Of a stretch of DNA of 64,000 nucleotides, positions 1 through 31,056 are shown piece after piece. This DNA comes from Amoebidium appalachense (taxonomy: Eukaryota > Protista > Ichthyosporea). The translations under genes were made by a program, and so were the position numbers. The notes under the pieces were generated by a model, which was not told the origin of the DNA, searched no databases, and saw nothing but the letters and a program-made list of their open reading frames with translations. The stretch spans positions 3,958,047 through 4,022,046 of the forward strand of contig CAVNZM010000004.1 in NCBI GenBank assembly GCA_963693365.1, written 5' to 3'. Positions within the stretch are counted from its first letter, which is position 1. Each line of letters starts with the position of its first letter.

Positions 1-250
1 TTTTTGCGGTACACTGCTAGTAGAGACACAAACACGAGCCCATTTGTCCACACACACATAAGCAAATGCACACACACGGACAGACACACACATACACACA
101 CACACAGGTACATAAGTGCACATGCACGTGCACACACACACACAGAGACACACACACACACACACACACAGACACACAGACACACAGACACACAGACACA
201 GACACAAAGACACACAGACACACACACACACACAGACACACAGACACACA

Positions 251-291
<41 letters not shown>

Positions 292-310
292 CACACACAA
301 ACACACACAC

Positions 311-675
311 CTTGTGGACCTGTCTGATGTTTGGAGACTGGGCCAGGATTTTGGAATCCACATGTGTAAAGGCAACCTGCGCGCAATAAACCACCGTAAG
401 ATTACGACTAATCCTCCCCTCCCCCCCCCCCCCCCCCCCCCCCCCCCTCCCTCCCCCTCTCCCTGGGTCTTCGAGATGCACGTTGATCTCTCCAACATAT
501 TTTGGCTCTCTATATCACTCTTACATTTATCTCCTCACAGATATACCTCTCCACACATATATCTCAACTCACGTTTGTCTCCCCACACCAGGGCCTTAGT
601 CATTCATCTCTCTGCACACATCTCTCCACATGATTATCCCTCCACACCCTATTCAGTGTGGAAAGTTCCAACATC

Positions 676-747
<72 letters not shown>

Positions 748-898
748 AAAAACAAAAAAAACAAAAAAAAAAAACCCAACCATCACCACCACCATTTCCT
801 ATCAATGGGCATATACCAATAATCAAAATACTCATAATCGACACATATTATAATTATAAACACACCTGCATGACCACCGTCTACCTAATGTCTCTCCA

Positions 899-946
<48 letters not shown>

Positions 947-1117
947 ACCACCACCACACCACCACCACCAATTTCTATTAATCGGCACGTACCAAGAAAA
1001 GCCATACTAATAATAGATACATATTCTAATAATAGCAATGCCTGCATGACTGCCGTCTCCCTGATCACGACATCCTGAGCCTGCCTCCCCTTCTTCCCCC
1101 CTTCCTCCTTCCCACCC

Positions 1118-1148
<31 letters not shown>

Positions 1149-2035
1149 AAAAAAAAAAACTACAATCGGCATCTACCAATACTAGTAATGCTATTATTAG
1201 ACACATATTCTAATTATAGACATACCTGCATGACTGCGGTCTCCCTGATGACGACATCCTGGGCCTTCCTAATCGCCTCCAATCTCCCCTGCAGTGCTCT
1301 GACTGGGTCATAGTCGTCTTCATCCGTCTCGTCGTCACTGTCTCCTCCTTCCCCGTTCTCGGCTGTATGTGGTGTGCGTGTGGTAGTTTGTGCGTGTGGT
1401 AGGTGTGTGTGTAGTAGGTGTGCATGCAGTAGTTGGGTGTGTGAGAGGTCGTTTGTGCGTGGGGTATTGGTGTGTGGAGTAGTTGTGAGTGTGGAGTAGT
1501 TGTTTGTGTGGAGTAGTTGTGTGCTTGGAGCAATTGTGTGAGTGCAGTAGGGTGCTTGCGTTTTTGTGTGCACGCAGTGGCTGTGAGTGCAGTAGTTGTG
1601 TGTGCAGCAGTCCCCGGGGGGGAGGAGGGGGGGGGGGTGTTAGACAGCGGTACACAGGGCGACGCAATACAAACGCAAGGAACGGATAGCACAATGGGGA
1701 TGCAAAAGGGGAAAGGGGGAAAGGGGGCACAGGCACAAAAGATGCATCTGCCTACCCTACCTCCCTCCACTTTCCCCGTCTACTTCCCCCGTCCCCTTCC
1801 CACCCACACAGCTCCTTACTTTCTGGCCTGCACCATTTTTCATCTCTTTTATATTCCGTTAATGGCCCATAAATTTAAACGGGGGGTCTTTTCAGGTGGG
1901 ACTGAATTCTATAAAGTGGTACATACATGTGAGTGCTGAAGCACCTGTGTAGGTGTTTTAGGTGCTCCTGCACATGCTTAAGCCGGGTGCTGTGTGCACA
2001 CAGGTCTTACATTCTTTGTGTATGCTGTGTGTATG

Positions 2036-2086
<51 letters not shown>

Positions 2087-2118
2087 CGTGTGCGTGCGTG
2101 CGTGCGTGCGTGCGTGCT

Positions 2119-2159
<41 letters not shown>

Positions 2160-2905
2160 GTGTGTGCGTGTCCGTGTGTGTGCACGTGCCTGTGCCCCCA
2201 TGCATGCGGACGTGTAAATGACGTGTGTGAGTGCATGTGTGTGTGTGTGTGTGTGTACAGGTCCACGCAAGCGCTAATTGTTTGCAAAATGAATACCATG
2301 TGCATGCTAGTGTGTGTGTCAATTCGGATCGGGTTTGTTAATTTTATTTTATTTTTTTGGGGGAGGGGGGGGGGGAGGGGAGGAGGAGGAGGGTGGGGGG
2401 GGAGGGGGGGGGCACATTGTAGGAATACCATTATCGTTGTCGTGGTCGAATTCTGCATGTGATGCCTGTGCGTCTGTGTGGGGGTCTTTGAAAGTTTTGG
2501 CCATGGACAGAGCCTTAAGCCAGCGCTTGCAGTTGAGCTCGTCTTGCGCCTGTTCACAGAAACAAAAAACGGTTTAGAAATCCCGGTATTTGAATCAACC
2601 CAAGAGGTTTAAAGAAACTCAACAAAATATTGACGGTGTTGTCCTCCTGCACGATGATTTTTTCCCGTTTCCCGGGTGCCATTTAGGGTCGATTTCCTCA
2701 CGAACACTCCCCCCCCCCCCCTCCCTCCTCCCCCCCCTCCCTCGCCCCGCTCTTTCCCAGCATTCCTCTTCAAAAGTCCTTGCCCCTTTTATCCGCAACT
2801 TCTCCCACACCCTCGATTCCCAAACAGACACAAATGCACTGTGTGACCTCATCGAAGCCCCCCCCCCACTCCCCCTCCCCCCCCCTCCCCCCACCCCCAC
2901 CTCCC

Positions 2906-2960
<55 letters not shown>

Positions 2961-3442
2961 CCCACCCAACCTCAACCACCATTCACCACCTCCCTGTGAA
3001 ATAGAGCTACCCTTGTGAAGCCTTCGTCACAACTTGCTGTCTCTCAGCCCCTTCCAAGAAGACCGTAACTTCACAGAGGGGGAAAGCGTGCGCAGGGGGG
3101 AGGGGGGGGGGGGGGGGGGGGTCTAAAATGTGTTACAGAGTACGAAGTACTGAACTCATTCGGGGAGGGGGTTGAGGGGTGGTGGTGTGTTTGGGGGGAG
3201 AGGGGGGGAGGGGGACGGGTTATATAATGTTACCCACCCTCAGATAAATTGTCTGTGTGCTCGTGGCGATGAGGAAGTTTGTGGGGTCCAATTTCGTTAT
3301 TTCAGCACCGCCCAGATAGATGCTCCCCCGGCACACAGACTGCAGCTCGGACCGGTCTCTGCACCCAACCCTCCAGAGTTAGCGGTATGAAGTAGGACAA
3401 AACGGGTGTTTCCTTTCTCCCCCTTCATGCCCCAGCGAAACA

Positions 3443-3475
<33 letters not shown>

Positions 3476-3546
3476 TTCTCCCCCGACAAAAAAAAAAGAA
3501 GCAGAGAACAACATACTGGCTTCCGAAACTGCCGACACGTGAACCC

Positions 3547-3577
<31 letters not shown>

Positions 3578-5109
3578 AAAAAATCGTACAAAGCAGGATA
3601 CCCCTCCCAGGGGCCTCCCCCTACCCCCCAGGGGACCTCCTTCATATACATACTCATACCCTCGGGCTGCCACATTGCCCCCGCGACATTCCACCGCTTG
3701 CCTCCCCTCACATGCCCGTCACCTCGATTCTTCCCCCCCCCCCCCCCCCCCCCCAGGCTATCCCCCCCCCCCCCCTCCCCCCTCCCCTCCCCCTCCCCAC
3801 CCCCACGCCCCGCCTCCCCTTCCTCTCCCTCCCCCGCTCAACCTACCCACCAACGTGCACACACATACCGAGACACCATCACCAACCCATGACCACTGCT
3901 TTGCTCCTCTCTACATTTCTAGTTGCGCCTGACTCACACACATGATCCCGATGGACCACTCCCCAAGTGTGCCCACCCCTCACCGTGCCCCCCCCCCCCC
4001 CCCCCCCCCCACCCCCTCCTCCCCCTACCCCTGTGCGCTCCCCCTCCTGCTCTTTTTCCTTCAAATTCCTCCAAAATGGCATGTTGCAGGCTACCTGTAG
4101 TAGCTGAGGACGTTTCCACTCAGCACAAAGTATCTCTCCTGGTGGCCCAACACGTAGTTTGTCCACTTCAGCAGCCACCCCTCCATCTCCGGCCCACGGT
4201 CTGACCCGTCTGGCCCAAGCGGACGTGTGGCACCGGCTCCATCTGTGAGAAAAAAGATGAGACAAAAAGAAACGTTAGCTAGGTATATGGGTGGTTATAC
4301 TTAGCCTGTGTCACTTCGTGCGTGAAAGTAGCGGAGAGCTTTATAAGTTTTTGGGCCCCCTTTTGTTTCCTTCTACTTCCCCTCCCCCCCCCTCCCCCCC
4401 CCCCCCCCCCCCCCCCCACCCCCTCCAAAACACACACACACAAATGTTTAACAGTCAAAACTTAAGACCGGGATACCGAGCACACAATTGGCAACGATTT
4501 TTTTATCAAGCAATGATTTCTTTTGACACCACTAGGCACTCAGATCTGCACACTGTCTGAAACCGGCAAGGAAAATGGGATCTTGGCCAGGACACTTGCC
4601 TGGCTGCATACTGGTGTACGGGGTAGCCTCCAGGAAGGATGTCATCTCGGGCATAGATGTACTGTAAGGATTGTGTGTAAATCAACCAACCAAAGTAAGC
4701 AACACACCACTCAGAAACCCCATACCCTCATACACAAACCCCTATGTCAGCGGTGGTGGGCAGCTCACACCCCACCCCTTGCCTTCCCGAACTTCCCCCA
4801 CCCTACCCATCCTCCCCTTTCCCACCCCGCCTCCCCACCCCACCCGAACCCCTCACGATCACCAGCCCGCCCATTCCGATTCACACAACGCTTGCCCTCG
4901 TCAGAGTCCTTCATCTAAGAGGTAAGGTGCAGCAACCACTACGCAGGGTTGCCCTATGGCTATAAGACATTTCAAACTCACCCAGCTCCAGCCAAGGCTG
5001 TCTTTTTACTCAGGGCCGAGCTGGGATTCAGAGCCCCTGAGGCAGGGCTTCCTGAATTTTTCGCCCGTGTAGTCGGCGACCCCACGGAATTTAACCTGTT
5101 GAGCTCCAT
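311..5109 (-). CDS. Oxysterol-binding protein (OSBP)-like PH-domain protein, 5' part; gene continues beyond the left edge. Exons 5109-4982, 4661-4600, 4242-4095, 3358-3238, 2549-2429, 1362-1226, 376-311
   Basis: Phase-consistent spliced peptide [84 protein letters not shown] matches the OSBP/CERT/FAPP-type PH domain. It is followed by an acidic stretch and a coiled-coil-like segment as in OSBP. The lipid-binding domain is not in the window. Not represented as a whole in the ORF track. Confidence 0.85.
795..1265 (-). repeat. Three degenerate tandem copies of the OSBP exon-6 end plus intron start, separated by C/A tracts
   Basis: CCTGCATGAC(T/C)..CGTCT recurs at about 865, 1041 and 1225 with matching intron flank (ACATATT.TAAT.ATA). 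Confidence 0.75.
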
Positions 5110-5917
5110 AGTGGTGCTTTAGAGACTCACCTGTGGAAAGGGGATTGACACATTTAGTTAGATGGGGTGTATGTTGGTATATAGTGGGATTGGTCAAACA
5201 GAAAAACATACGAAATAGAGATCTGAGATATGTCGTTTCAACAATTGCAGCATCTGAAGTGAAAAACTTGTCTGGCCATAAAGTGGGTGACATAAATTTT
5301 AATTGCACAAGAGGGATCTATCAAGCTGTAAAATTACTGGTAGAGAACGTACACATGGCCGGTTAAGACTTTGAAAGGACATCTACCTTACGGGCTCTGT
5401 GAACCATGAAATATGATTAATCAATCTTACACACCCGCCTCTTGCGTTATTTCCTGACTCAACTCGTGTGCAAACAGAGTAGTGAAAAGAGAATTGGATG
5501 GGATCCAAGAGAAATCCTGATGGATCGATGCTTCACACAGGGGTTGAATCACAATAGCCAATCGGGGACATCCAGAAGGCCTCAGAACCCCATATTTTCT
5601 ATCACGCGTGTCTTATATTTCCAAAGCGTGTAGTAAGAACACCGCTTCCTCAGAAAACCTGGGGATCTTTATCACATGTTAGTCCCTTTCCTGTTTGCAC
5701 TGTTGAACCTTGTTAGGCGGAGAGGTGGCCCTGGCCTTTGGGTCTCGTTGAGCCACTGATTGTAGATTGACCAATCATCGGCGCTTTGTTTTTCAAGATT
5801 AAGCGTTCTTATTGGTGGAATAATATGTCTATTTATAGCCACATGCCAACCATTCTCATTCTCACTTCTCACAAACCTTCATTCTAATATCCTATCATCC
5901 CCACTTGAAGAAGCAAA

Positions 5918-6277
5918 ATGGGTGTGGATATTGAGATAATCAAGGAGGGAACGGGACGCACGCCCAACAAGGGCGAGACCGTGCACGTACACTACACCGG
6001 CACACTCACAAACGGGACGAAGTTCGACTCTTCGCGTGACCGCGGCCGGCCGTTCGTTTTCAAGGTCGGAATCGGGTCTGTGATCAAAGGGTGGGATGAG
6101 GGGGTGCTTCAACTGAAAGAAGGAACAAGGGCTAAGCTGACGTGCAGCCCAGACTACGCATACGGAGCTGAGGGAGCCCCGCCAGAGATCCCTCCAAACT
6201 CGACGCTTGTGTTTGATGTTGAGTTGCTCTCCATCGGGGACAAACTGGCCGTCGGGGGTTCTTGCACTGTTTCTTGA
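5918..6277 (+). CDS. FKBP12-type peptidyl-prolyl cis-trans isomerase, intronless CDS, C-terminal extension ending in CTVS
   Basis: [41 protein letters not shown]...VIKGWDEG...[12 protein letters not shown]...[14 protein letters not shown] is the canonical FKBP12 signature. Confidence 0.97.
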   Translation: MGVDIEIIKEGTGRTPNKGETVHVHYTGTLTNGTKFDSSRDRGRPFVFKVGIGSVIKGWDEGVLQLKEGTRAKLTCSPDYAYGAEGAPPEIPPNSTLVFDVELLSIGDKLAVGGSCTVS

Positions 6278-8136
6278 TCGTAAACTTACAGTGTAAAGCC
6301 TTTTTTGCCCTAGAGGGACTTTTTGTTGTTGTGAATATAGTTATAATATTGCGTGATTATAAAAATGCACCGTCATGCTGTGAAATTATATATAACCATG
6401 ATTAATACCTGAGATTATGCTGTGTGATCCATAGTCTTACTGTGTGTTTAGCCTCCATGGGCTTGAGCTTCAGAGCTTTCCATTAGCCAAGTGACGGAGC
6501 AAATGTGTCTAAGAGAAAAAACTCTACATTATCGTAATAGAACATATTCACAGGCTTAAAGCCTGACTCTTCCTCTCCCGTTTGACATGTTTGTCACTGG
6601 AAGCGCTTGGTTGGTTTCAAGTTCCCTTGCCTCTACAGTCCGATTGCCACCCACATGTCGTACCCTGCTCCTCCCCTCCTCCACCCCAACACATACAGAC
6701 ACACACTCCCCAACCGCCAGCACATTTGCGACCAATATGTCCGATTCTTTTTCTTCGTCCCCTCCCCCCCCCCCCTCCCCTCCCTTCCCCTTCCCCCCCC
6801 CCCCCCCCCCCCAAACACACACACACACACCCCACCCCCCATGCAAAGCTTCAGGGTCTAAATTCAGTTATGGCTCGCGCCCCTCCTAATTATAGGCTTT
6901 GCTCATGTTGCACGCTACGTGCTGCTTCAGGTTGCATACTTGTATGTTTGCTTTTGCAACTGTCCTGCACCGCGCCGTGTTTCTCATCGTGTAGTTGTGC
7001 TTCGTGCCGTGTTCCACATTCGAACCCTTCCCCCCCTTCCCAAATCTCCCCCCCTACCCCACACCACCACCACCACGTGCACCACCAGCTTGCACCACCA
7101 CCTTTTCCACAGAGTGACTTCAGATTTTTGAGTCATCTGATTGCTAAAACCCGTCTGAGTCATTGGCCCTTCGAGCCATGCTTCAGGAACCGTTCATGTT
7201 GCCTTTCGAACTGTTACCACAAGACCACAAGAATAGAGGAACTCACAGTATCTTTAACGGTCTATTGACCAGCACGATAAGTAGAGAAACCGGCACAGCT
7301 TTAGTAAAACACTAAATTACAGCACACTGAAGCCGGTGCAAACGAAACTTCAAGCTCACGGACACCGGTTGTTGTGGTATGCATATGGTAGCACTGATCC
7401 TTGGGGCAAACGCACAACCCAAGTCATGAAAAGCACCACCATGGAATGAGTCTTGAACCGTGGCAAATTATATGTGTGACTATTGAACTATAATTGTCAA
7501 CTTGCAAAAGAGGGTGGTGTGTGCCTGTGATCACCCAACACATCAGAGTGAATATGCTCAAGTACGGCATACGCAGTCCTGCGAAGGAGCCCAGACCCAC
7601 GGGAAAATGTTCTGAGCTCGAGTCCATTGGGAGTATATGTCAGTTGGAGGGTACATTGATGACGTGTCGTGTCAGCATAAGGCTTTTTCCCTCTCAATGA
7701 ACAACAACGAACAGCAGCGGAGCACAGCAGCGGAGCTCAGCACTGAGTCAGCAGAGTCACAACGAGAGTGAGTCGACTCAAATACTGTATGTTTGCGCAA
7801 TCATGTCTTTGCTGATTGGGCAAACACGCACCGTTAGTCTAACTGTGTCGACGCTATATGCAGGACTCAGTGATGCAGGACTCAGTGACTGACAATCAAT
7901 ATTAATGACCTCACATATGCCAGTCCCAGGCAGACTAAGTGGGCGATCGGATCACACAGGTGACAACGACTTGAAAGTTAAAACCTGAAAAACGGCCCAT
8001 AATGGGGGAAACGAGAAAAATGTATATAACTGCAGTTCATAGCAATCCAAAATAGGTGTCACAGATGAGAAGAATGGCCTTCGTGTTTCCTGTGAAGTCA
8101 ACAAGGAGCGCACTGAAAAGGGAAGCGAATGGAAAA

Positions 8137-21108
<12,972 letters not shown>

Positions 21109-21277
21109 AAAAGGGAATTTGGCGGTGGTTTTTAGGTTACACCTCTTCGTTTTTAGGTTACACCGTTTCAGTGTGGTGATTGTGTAACGTAGATGGCGTA
21201 TGTACGACCTTTGACTTTCGTTTTCTTTCTTTCTTTTTTCTTTTTTCTTTTTTCTTTTTTTCTTTTTTTCTTTTTTT

Positions 21278-21320
<43 letters not shown>

Positions 21321-22130
21321 GAGGGAGGGGGGAAGGGGGGGGGGGGGGGGAGGGGGGGGGTACATCGGTGGGTTATGTGCCTATGAGGTTGTGTATGTTG
21401 GCCCTATATGTTCGGGAAAGGGCCTTGGAGGGAGTTGTAACTGTTTTTGTGCACGAATGCCCGCTGCTCCATGCATTCAGCCCTTAAATTCTGTACATTT
21501 TGTATTGTATTTTTTGGTTCATCTTTTTTAATTACTCTGTTTTTTTCGCCTAGTGTAATCGATGCGCAAAAAACAACAATGGCGTGATTTTTCGTTTTCT
21601 GTGCGTTGGCATCTTATGGATGCGTTCATTTCCCCATCATGTACACAGAAAGTCATGTACACAGAAAAATGGAATATGTACATACAGAGAATTGTTGTGT
21701 GCCAAAAGGTATGAATTGAAAACATTTGGTTTCAGGGCTTTCCAAATTCCAATGCGCCATCCATTTATCATGATGCATGTGCACATTTGAACTTTGATTT
21801 TTCAATTTAAGTCACAAAGTTTACCAAGTGGCAAATGTTTATAGATTTTTTTTATTAAAAATTAGGAGTATTATGTAATGCTATTGCGATTGTTAACAGA
21901 CATGTCACTGTGTGTATGTATAAACCGATCGCGACTCGGGATTCAACCCACTTTTGGGTCCATCGACCAGATGTGCCAGCTGAAAATATCATGTGGCTTG
22001 TTCGATGTATAGACAATTTGCAATTGCCTAACTGAGTGGATCAATCCTGGATAGTATCGATACCCCCTGTATTAGTGCAGCAGCATTAAGTGGAGTGCAC
22101 TAGGTCAACTTGGTGGTTGATCTTTTGCGG

Positions 22131-22164
<34 letters not shown>

Positions 22165-23219
22165 AGGATCGGACCGTCGGAATTGCAATACTATGGCTGA
22201 CGAGAGGATACGTACGTGTACGAAATACACACATGCCGCCGCTGCAAAGCAGAAGTTGCAGGGTAGGCGCGTACGTCGAGGGTAGGTTGGGGAGGGTTGA
22301 AACGTGCCGGTTCATGATCAGAGTGCGACTAGTACACACACCACCGGCCGCAGACAGAATGTTGTCAACGGAGTGGGGCGGGGGAATCGAATGCGCATGC
22401 CAATGTTTCAACATGATCATCGCCATTCATAATCATTGTAATGAGGCATACGCTTTGAGGATATGCATTGCAATTGCAATCATTCGTTGACTGAAGTGAA
22501 AACTACTTACGTATACATAGTGCATCCCATGCGATGCCTTGGAGCATACGGTACCCTGCGCATGCAATTGCCACTGCAAATGCACACACACGGTGCCGTG
22601 GTAAATTCAAGTTAACGTTGGCATGCACAGCTGCAGCACGCCACAACCTTATATTGATACATGTATCAATAATGCAGGCTCATTCAGCATGCAATTAATC
22701 CAAAAAACTAGAACCAACATGTATCACCGATCTCGTTGCAAGTTAACCTCAGGCCGGTCTAATCGGATCCATACAATTCAGCATACATTTGCGCTATTTG
22801 GATTTGCGTCTTCATTCGTATCATAGTGAAGTGGTGAAAAGGCTCTGCGGAGGTCATGTCGATATTATGCTTGTATATCGTTCAAGCATCAATCACGCGC
22901 AGCCATACAACAAGTGTTTAGATATCAAAGTATAAAATGTTAAAACGTGCATGCATACATATATGCAGTTCGATCTTTGCCTAAAAGAACTCTTATACAA
23001 TACATGTGTGCTCCCAAGGTTTGCGTGGGTTACTTTACACCGTGTCAAATTTGAATGTCCTTAGGCATTTCTGTTCACCCAATAATATTTCTATTCGCTC
23101 AATCAAATCTACTCACTCAAATATATCCATTCACTTGCCCATCAAAGCATAATCAATATAGCCCCCTACATCAAAAATCACCAAAACACCCCCGAATTGA
23201 ACAGGTTTCAAACAATTAG

Positions 23220-23279
<60 letters not shown>

Positions 23280-23355
23280 ACAAACAAAAAAAAAACAAAA
23301 AAAAAACACCCAACTACCCGAAAAAAAAAAAGAAAAAAAAAGAAAAGCAAAAAAG

Positions 23356-23387
<32 letters not shown>

Positions 23388-23418
23388 CAACAACATCAAA
23401 ACCTCTTAGGACCTTTCC

Positions 23419-27712
<4,294 letters not shown>

Positions 27713-27899
27713 TCTTAGTATTAAACCCGGTTATGGGTGTCAATAACAGTAGGTTAGAAAAAAAAATACGTTTGGCTTACAATTATGGCATCAGCAAGAG
27801 CATGGATCTTTGAATGTGGCACAAACAAAACATGAACACAAAATCTGCGCTGGACCCTAAACACTAACTGTCCTTGAGCGGCGGCGAAGTGTGAGCTGC

Positions 27900-28230
27900 C
27901 GGGCTACGCTTTTATCCTGGTAGCTACCGACTCTGCACACCAATCTGCACAGCATAAAGCTTCATTAACCACAAACCGGTCGCACAACTTGAAACGAAAA
28001 ACTCGGAAAACGCTCATCTCGACCACGGAGACTTGTGTTGTGTGATGACGACGACCCATACTGCCCAACCAAATAGATCTGGCCAATGAAAACGCGCAAC
28101 ACAAACCGTCCGCCAATCAGCAGTCGCACAATAAAGATCCAGTGACCCGCGGTGCACGCGTGAAACGTTGTGCGGAAGTTTTTTTTTTCTTTTCCACACG
28201 AATATGTGCGTGCGTGTGCCGGAAGTAGCA
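27900..28230 (-). promoter_or_regulatory. Probable SPPL2 promoter
   Basis: Repeat-free, CpG-containing stretch upstream of the ATG with CCAAT motifs (about 27940, 28083, 28113) and CGGAAGT twice. Confidence 0.4.
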
Positions 28231-28794
28231 TACAACCCACAAAGTGCAGAGGTGTGCACTCGGGGTGCCACAGTGTCTATTCATGTTTTTGTCACTCTTT
28301 GGAAAAAAATGGGGAACAGTAGGGGTGGGTGAGTGGTTAGTAGTTTGACGGGGAGGGGGGGAGGCCCGGGAGGGAAGGACTTGCCAAATACAGTACCGTT
28401 AGACGGTCTCAGACCGTGGCTGAAGACTACCAGAAATGTACACATATTATTCATGTAAACGTCTGCTCCTGCGCAGATTATTAAAACAACACAAAAAAAC
28501 AATGAACCATTCACACATTCACATATTACTTGAGAGAGAGAAAAACCAGGTCCACGCCTGGCTCATGCAGTACTTTTATTTATTGACCAAATTTCGTGTC
28601 CACCACGCCCCAGAGCCCCACACGGGCTCGAGCAGTAAAAAAGCTGACTATACGATAGTATGCATACATGGATATAGGGTGAGTGGTGTGTTCTCGAGAC
28701 CAGCTCCATAGTTCAATAACAGGACAACTTGGGGGAATAGGTAGAGCCAGCACCGGCCCTGGCTCTATTGCGCGCTTATGACTGGAGTTTTTGC

Positions 28795-28971
28795 TCAACC
28801 GGTCACTGGAGAGGGGAAAGGGCATGTCAGCCAAACGAATCATTCTCTTGTACTCCCTACATATGATATGCAATACTAGGGGGAGAGGGTTGTGTGGGTG
28901 TCTGTGGTGTGCAGGTGCGTGTGCGCATACGGAGAACAGAGAGGGAGGGAGGGAGGGAGGGAGGGAGCGAA

Positions 28972-29018
<47 letters not shown>

Positions 29019-30623
29019 TGAATGCGTCAAAAAGTACGAAGTACACAAGAACAAACGGATAACACGATGCAGAATGCAAGCCATACATAAAGAGTATGCA
29101 TAATAAGCAGAGCCCATCCTCAGGGGGGGCCCACGTCATCCACAGTACCCGAGTTTCGACCTATTCCCCTCGTTAACGAAACCCAACTCAGATACTGTTT
29201 CACTTGAACATGAGTAGGGGGGGGGGGGGGGCAGGGCACATACTGTAAGAGTTGGGGTCGATGCTCTCGGGCAGCTCTGTGACCTCGACCTCGAAGCGCT
29301 TCTGCACCTCGTTAAGTACATCAGAGTCCTCTTGTGACGACACAAACGAGATGGCTAGACCCTTGGTGCCGAACCGACCGGCACGCGCTACCTGCAAGGG
29401 GGAAAACGGGTTAATATCCGGATAAATAAGCACATTTGCATGGAGTTGCACACGTTCTATGGCGATTGTTGAAAGGGTAAACAAAAAACATAGGCAAAGA
29501 GCGATCATGATGTGTTATCGACGTTCTCACTGTCGCATGTACATGTTCCTAGCATATCAACCACAGTGAAAGAAACCACACTTGATCTAGTACTTATCAC
29601 CACACAACCGTACCGTTCACTTCAGAACACTTACAGCAACACACACACAACTGCCAGCCACCCCCCCCCCCCCACACACACGCCAACCATTCGTCAACAT
29701 TACTTACTCTGTGCAGGTATGCATCGGAGCCAGCGGGCATGTCGTAGTTGACGACAATGTTGACACGCTCGATGTCCAGACCACGGCCACACAGGTCCGT
29801 GGACACCAGAATGCGCTTCTGGAAGTCCTTAAACTCCTTGAGCAGCCTCAACCTACACGAGAATATTGTCAGTTGGGTGCTGTGGAAATTGCCTGGATTG
29901 ATAAAAAAATTGATTGCCATGAAGAGAACCAAGCTACCTGCACACCACATCAAACATCCCCCTGCCCTCCCTCCCCTCTCAAAAATAAATAATTCCCCTT
30001 CCAAACACGGCACGCCCACACGCAGAGAGGTAGACCGACACCGCACACAACACACGTAAGCATGCACTCACAAAAATGCACTACACACGACACCTGCACA
30101 CCCGAACATGCACAAACTATTTCATGGTGTTAATATCCACCCCACCCCAAGCATGCACCAATCATGTACGTGCAAGACACACAGAGAGAAAGGCACCCAC
30201 CGCTCGTTCTGCTCCGTCTGGCCGTGGATGGCAATGGAAGGGAAGTTGCACTCGACAAGCAGATTGCACAGCGCCTGTGCGCGCTGCTGCGACTTGACGA
30301 AAATCACAACCTGTGAAAGAAATGCAAGTCAGTACACCGTTTCCAGGTAGCTCATGCAACAGCTCCTCCATTTGCGCCAACCCCTCTCTCCCCTCCTCCC
30401 CCACCTCCAAAAAAATCGTCACAAAAACTATTCATGAAGAAGAACCCACAACCCCAGCCAAGGATGATAGAAACGGCCTAGTCTGTACCTCGCCTGAGGA
30501 GGAGGGACGCAGGTGTTCGAATAAGAAGAGGTGAGCAGACAAAACATGAGGAGTACCATGTGTTTCTGTTGCCCGTGCCTTGAGGGGTATGTATGTGTGC
30601 GTGTGTGTGTGTTTGCGAGAGAA

Positions 30624-30661
<38 letters not shown>

Positions 30662-31017
30662 GAGAGAGAGAGGGGGGGAGTCCCCGTTACCTGGTTGAAC
30701 TCCAGGTTGTCCAGCAGGTCTGTGAGCTTTCTGTTTTTGAGGTTCTCCGTCAGCTTGACGTAGTGCTGCTGCAAGCCGTGCAGCGTGAGCTTTGTCTCGT
30801 CGTCAACGTAGATTTGCATCGGGTCACGCATGAACTTGAGGCACACCTCACGGATGGGCTTGGCAAGCGTGGCGCTGAACATCATCACCTGCTTCTCGCG
30901 GGGCGTCGTCTTGAAAATGGCCTGCACGTCGGCACGCATGTCTGCACGAGGGAAGAGATATGGTTAGTGGAATGAAAAGGGAAGACAACAAATTGGGGCA
31001 CAGGTTTTTTTTTTTTT

Positions 31018-31056
<39 letters not shown>

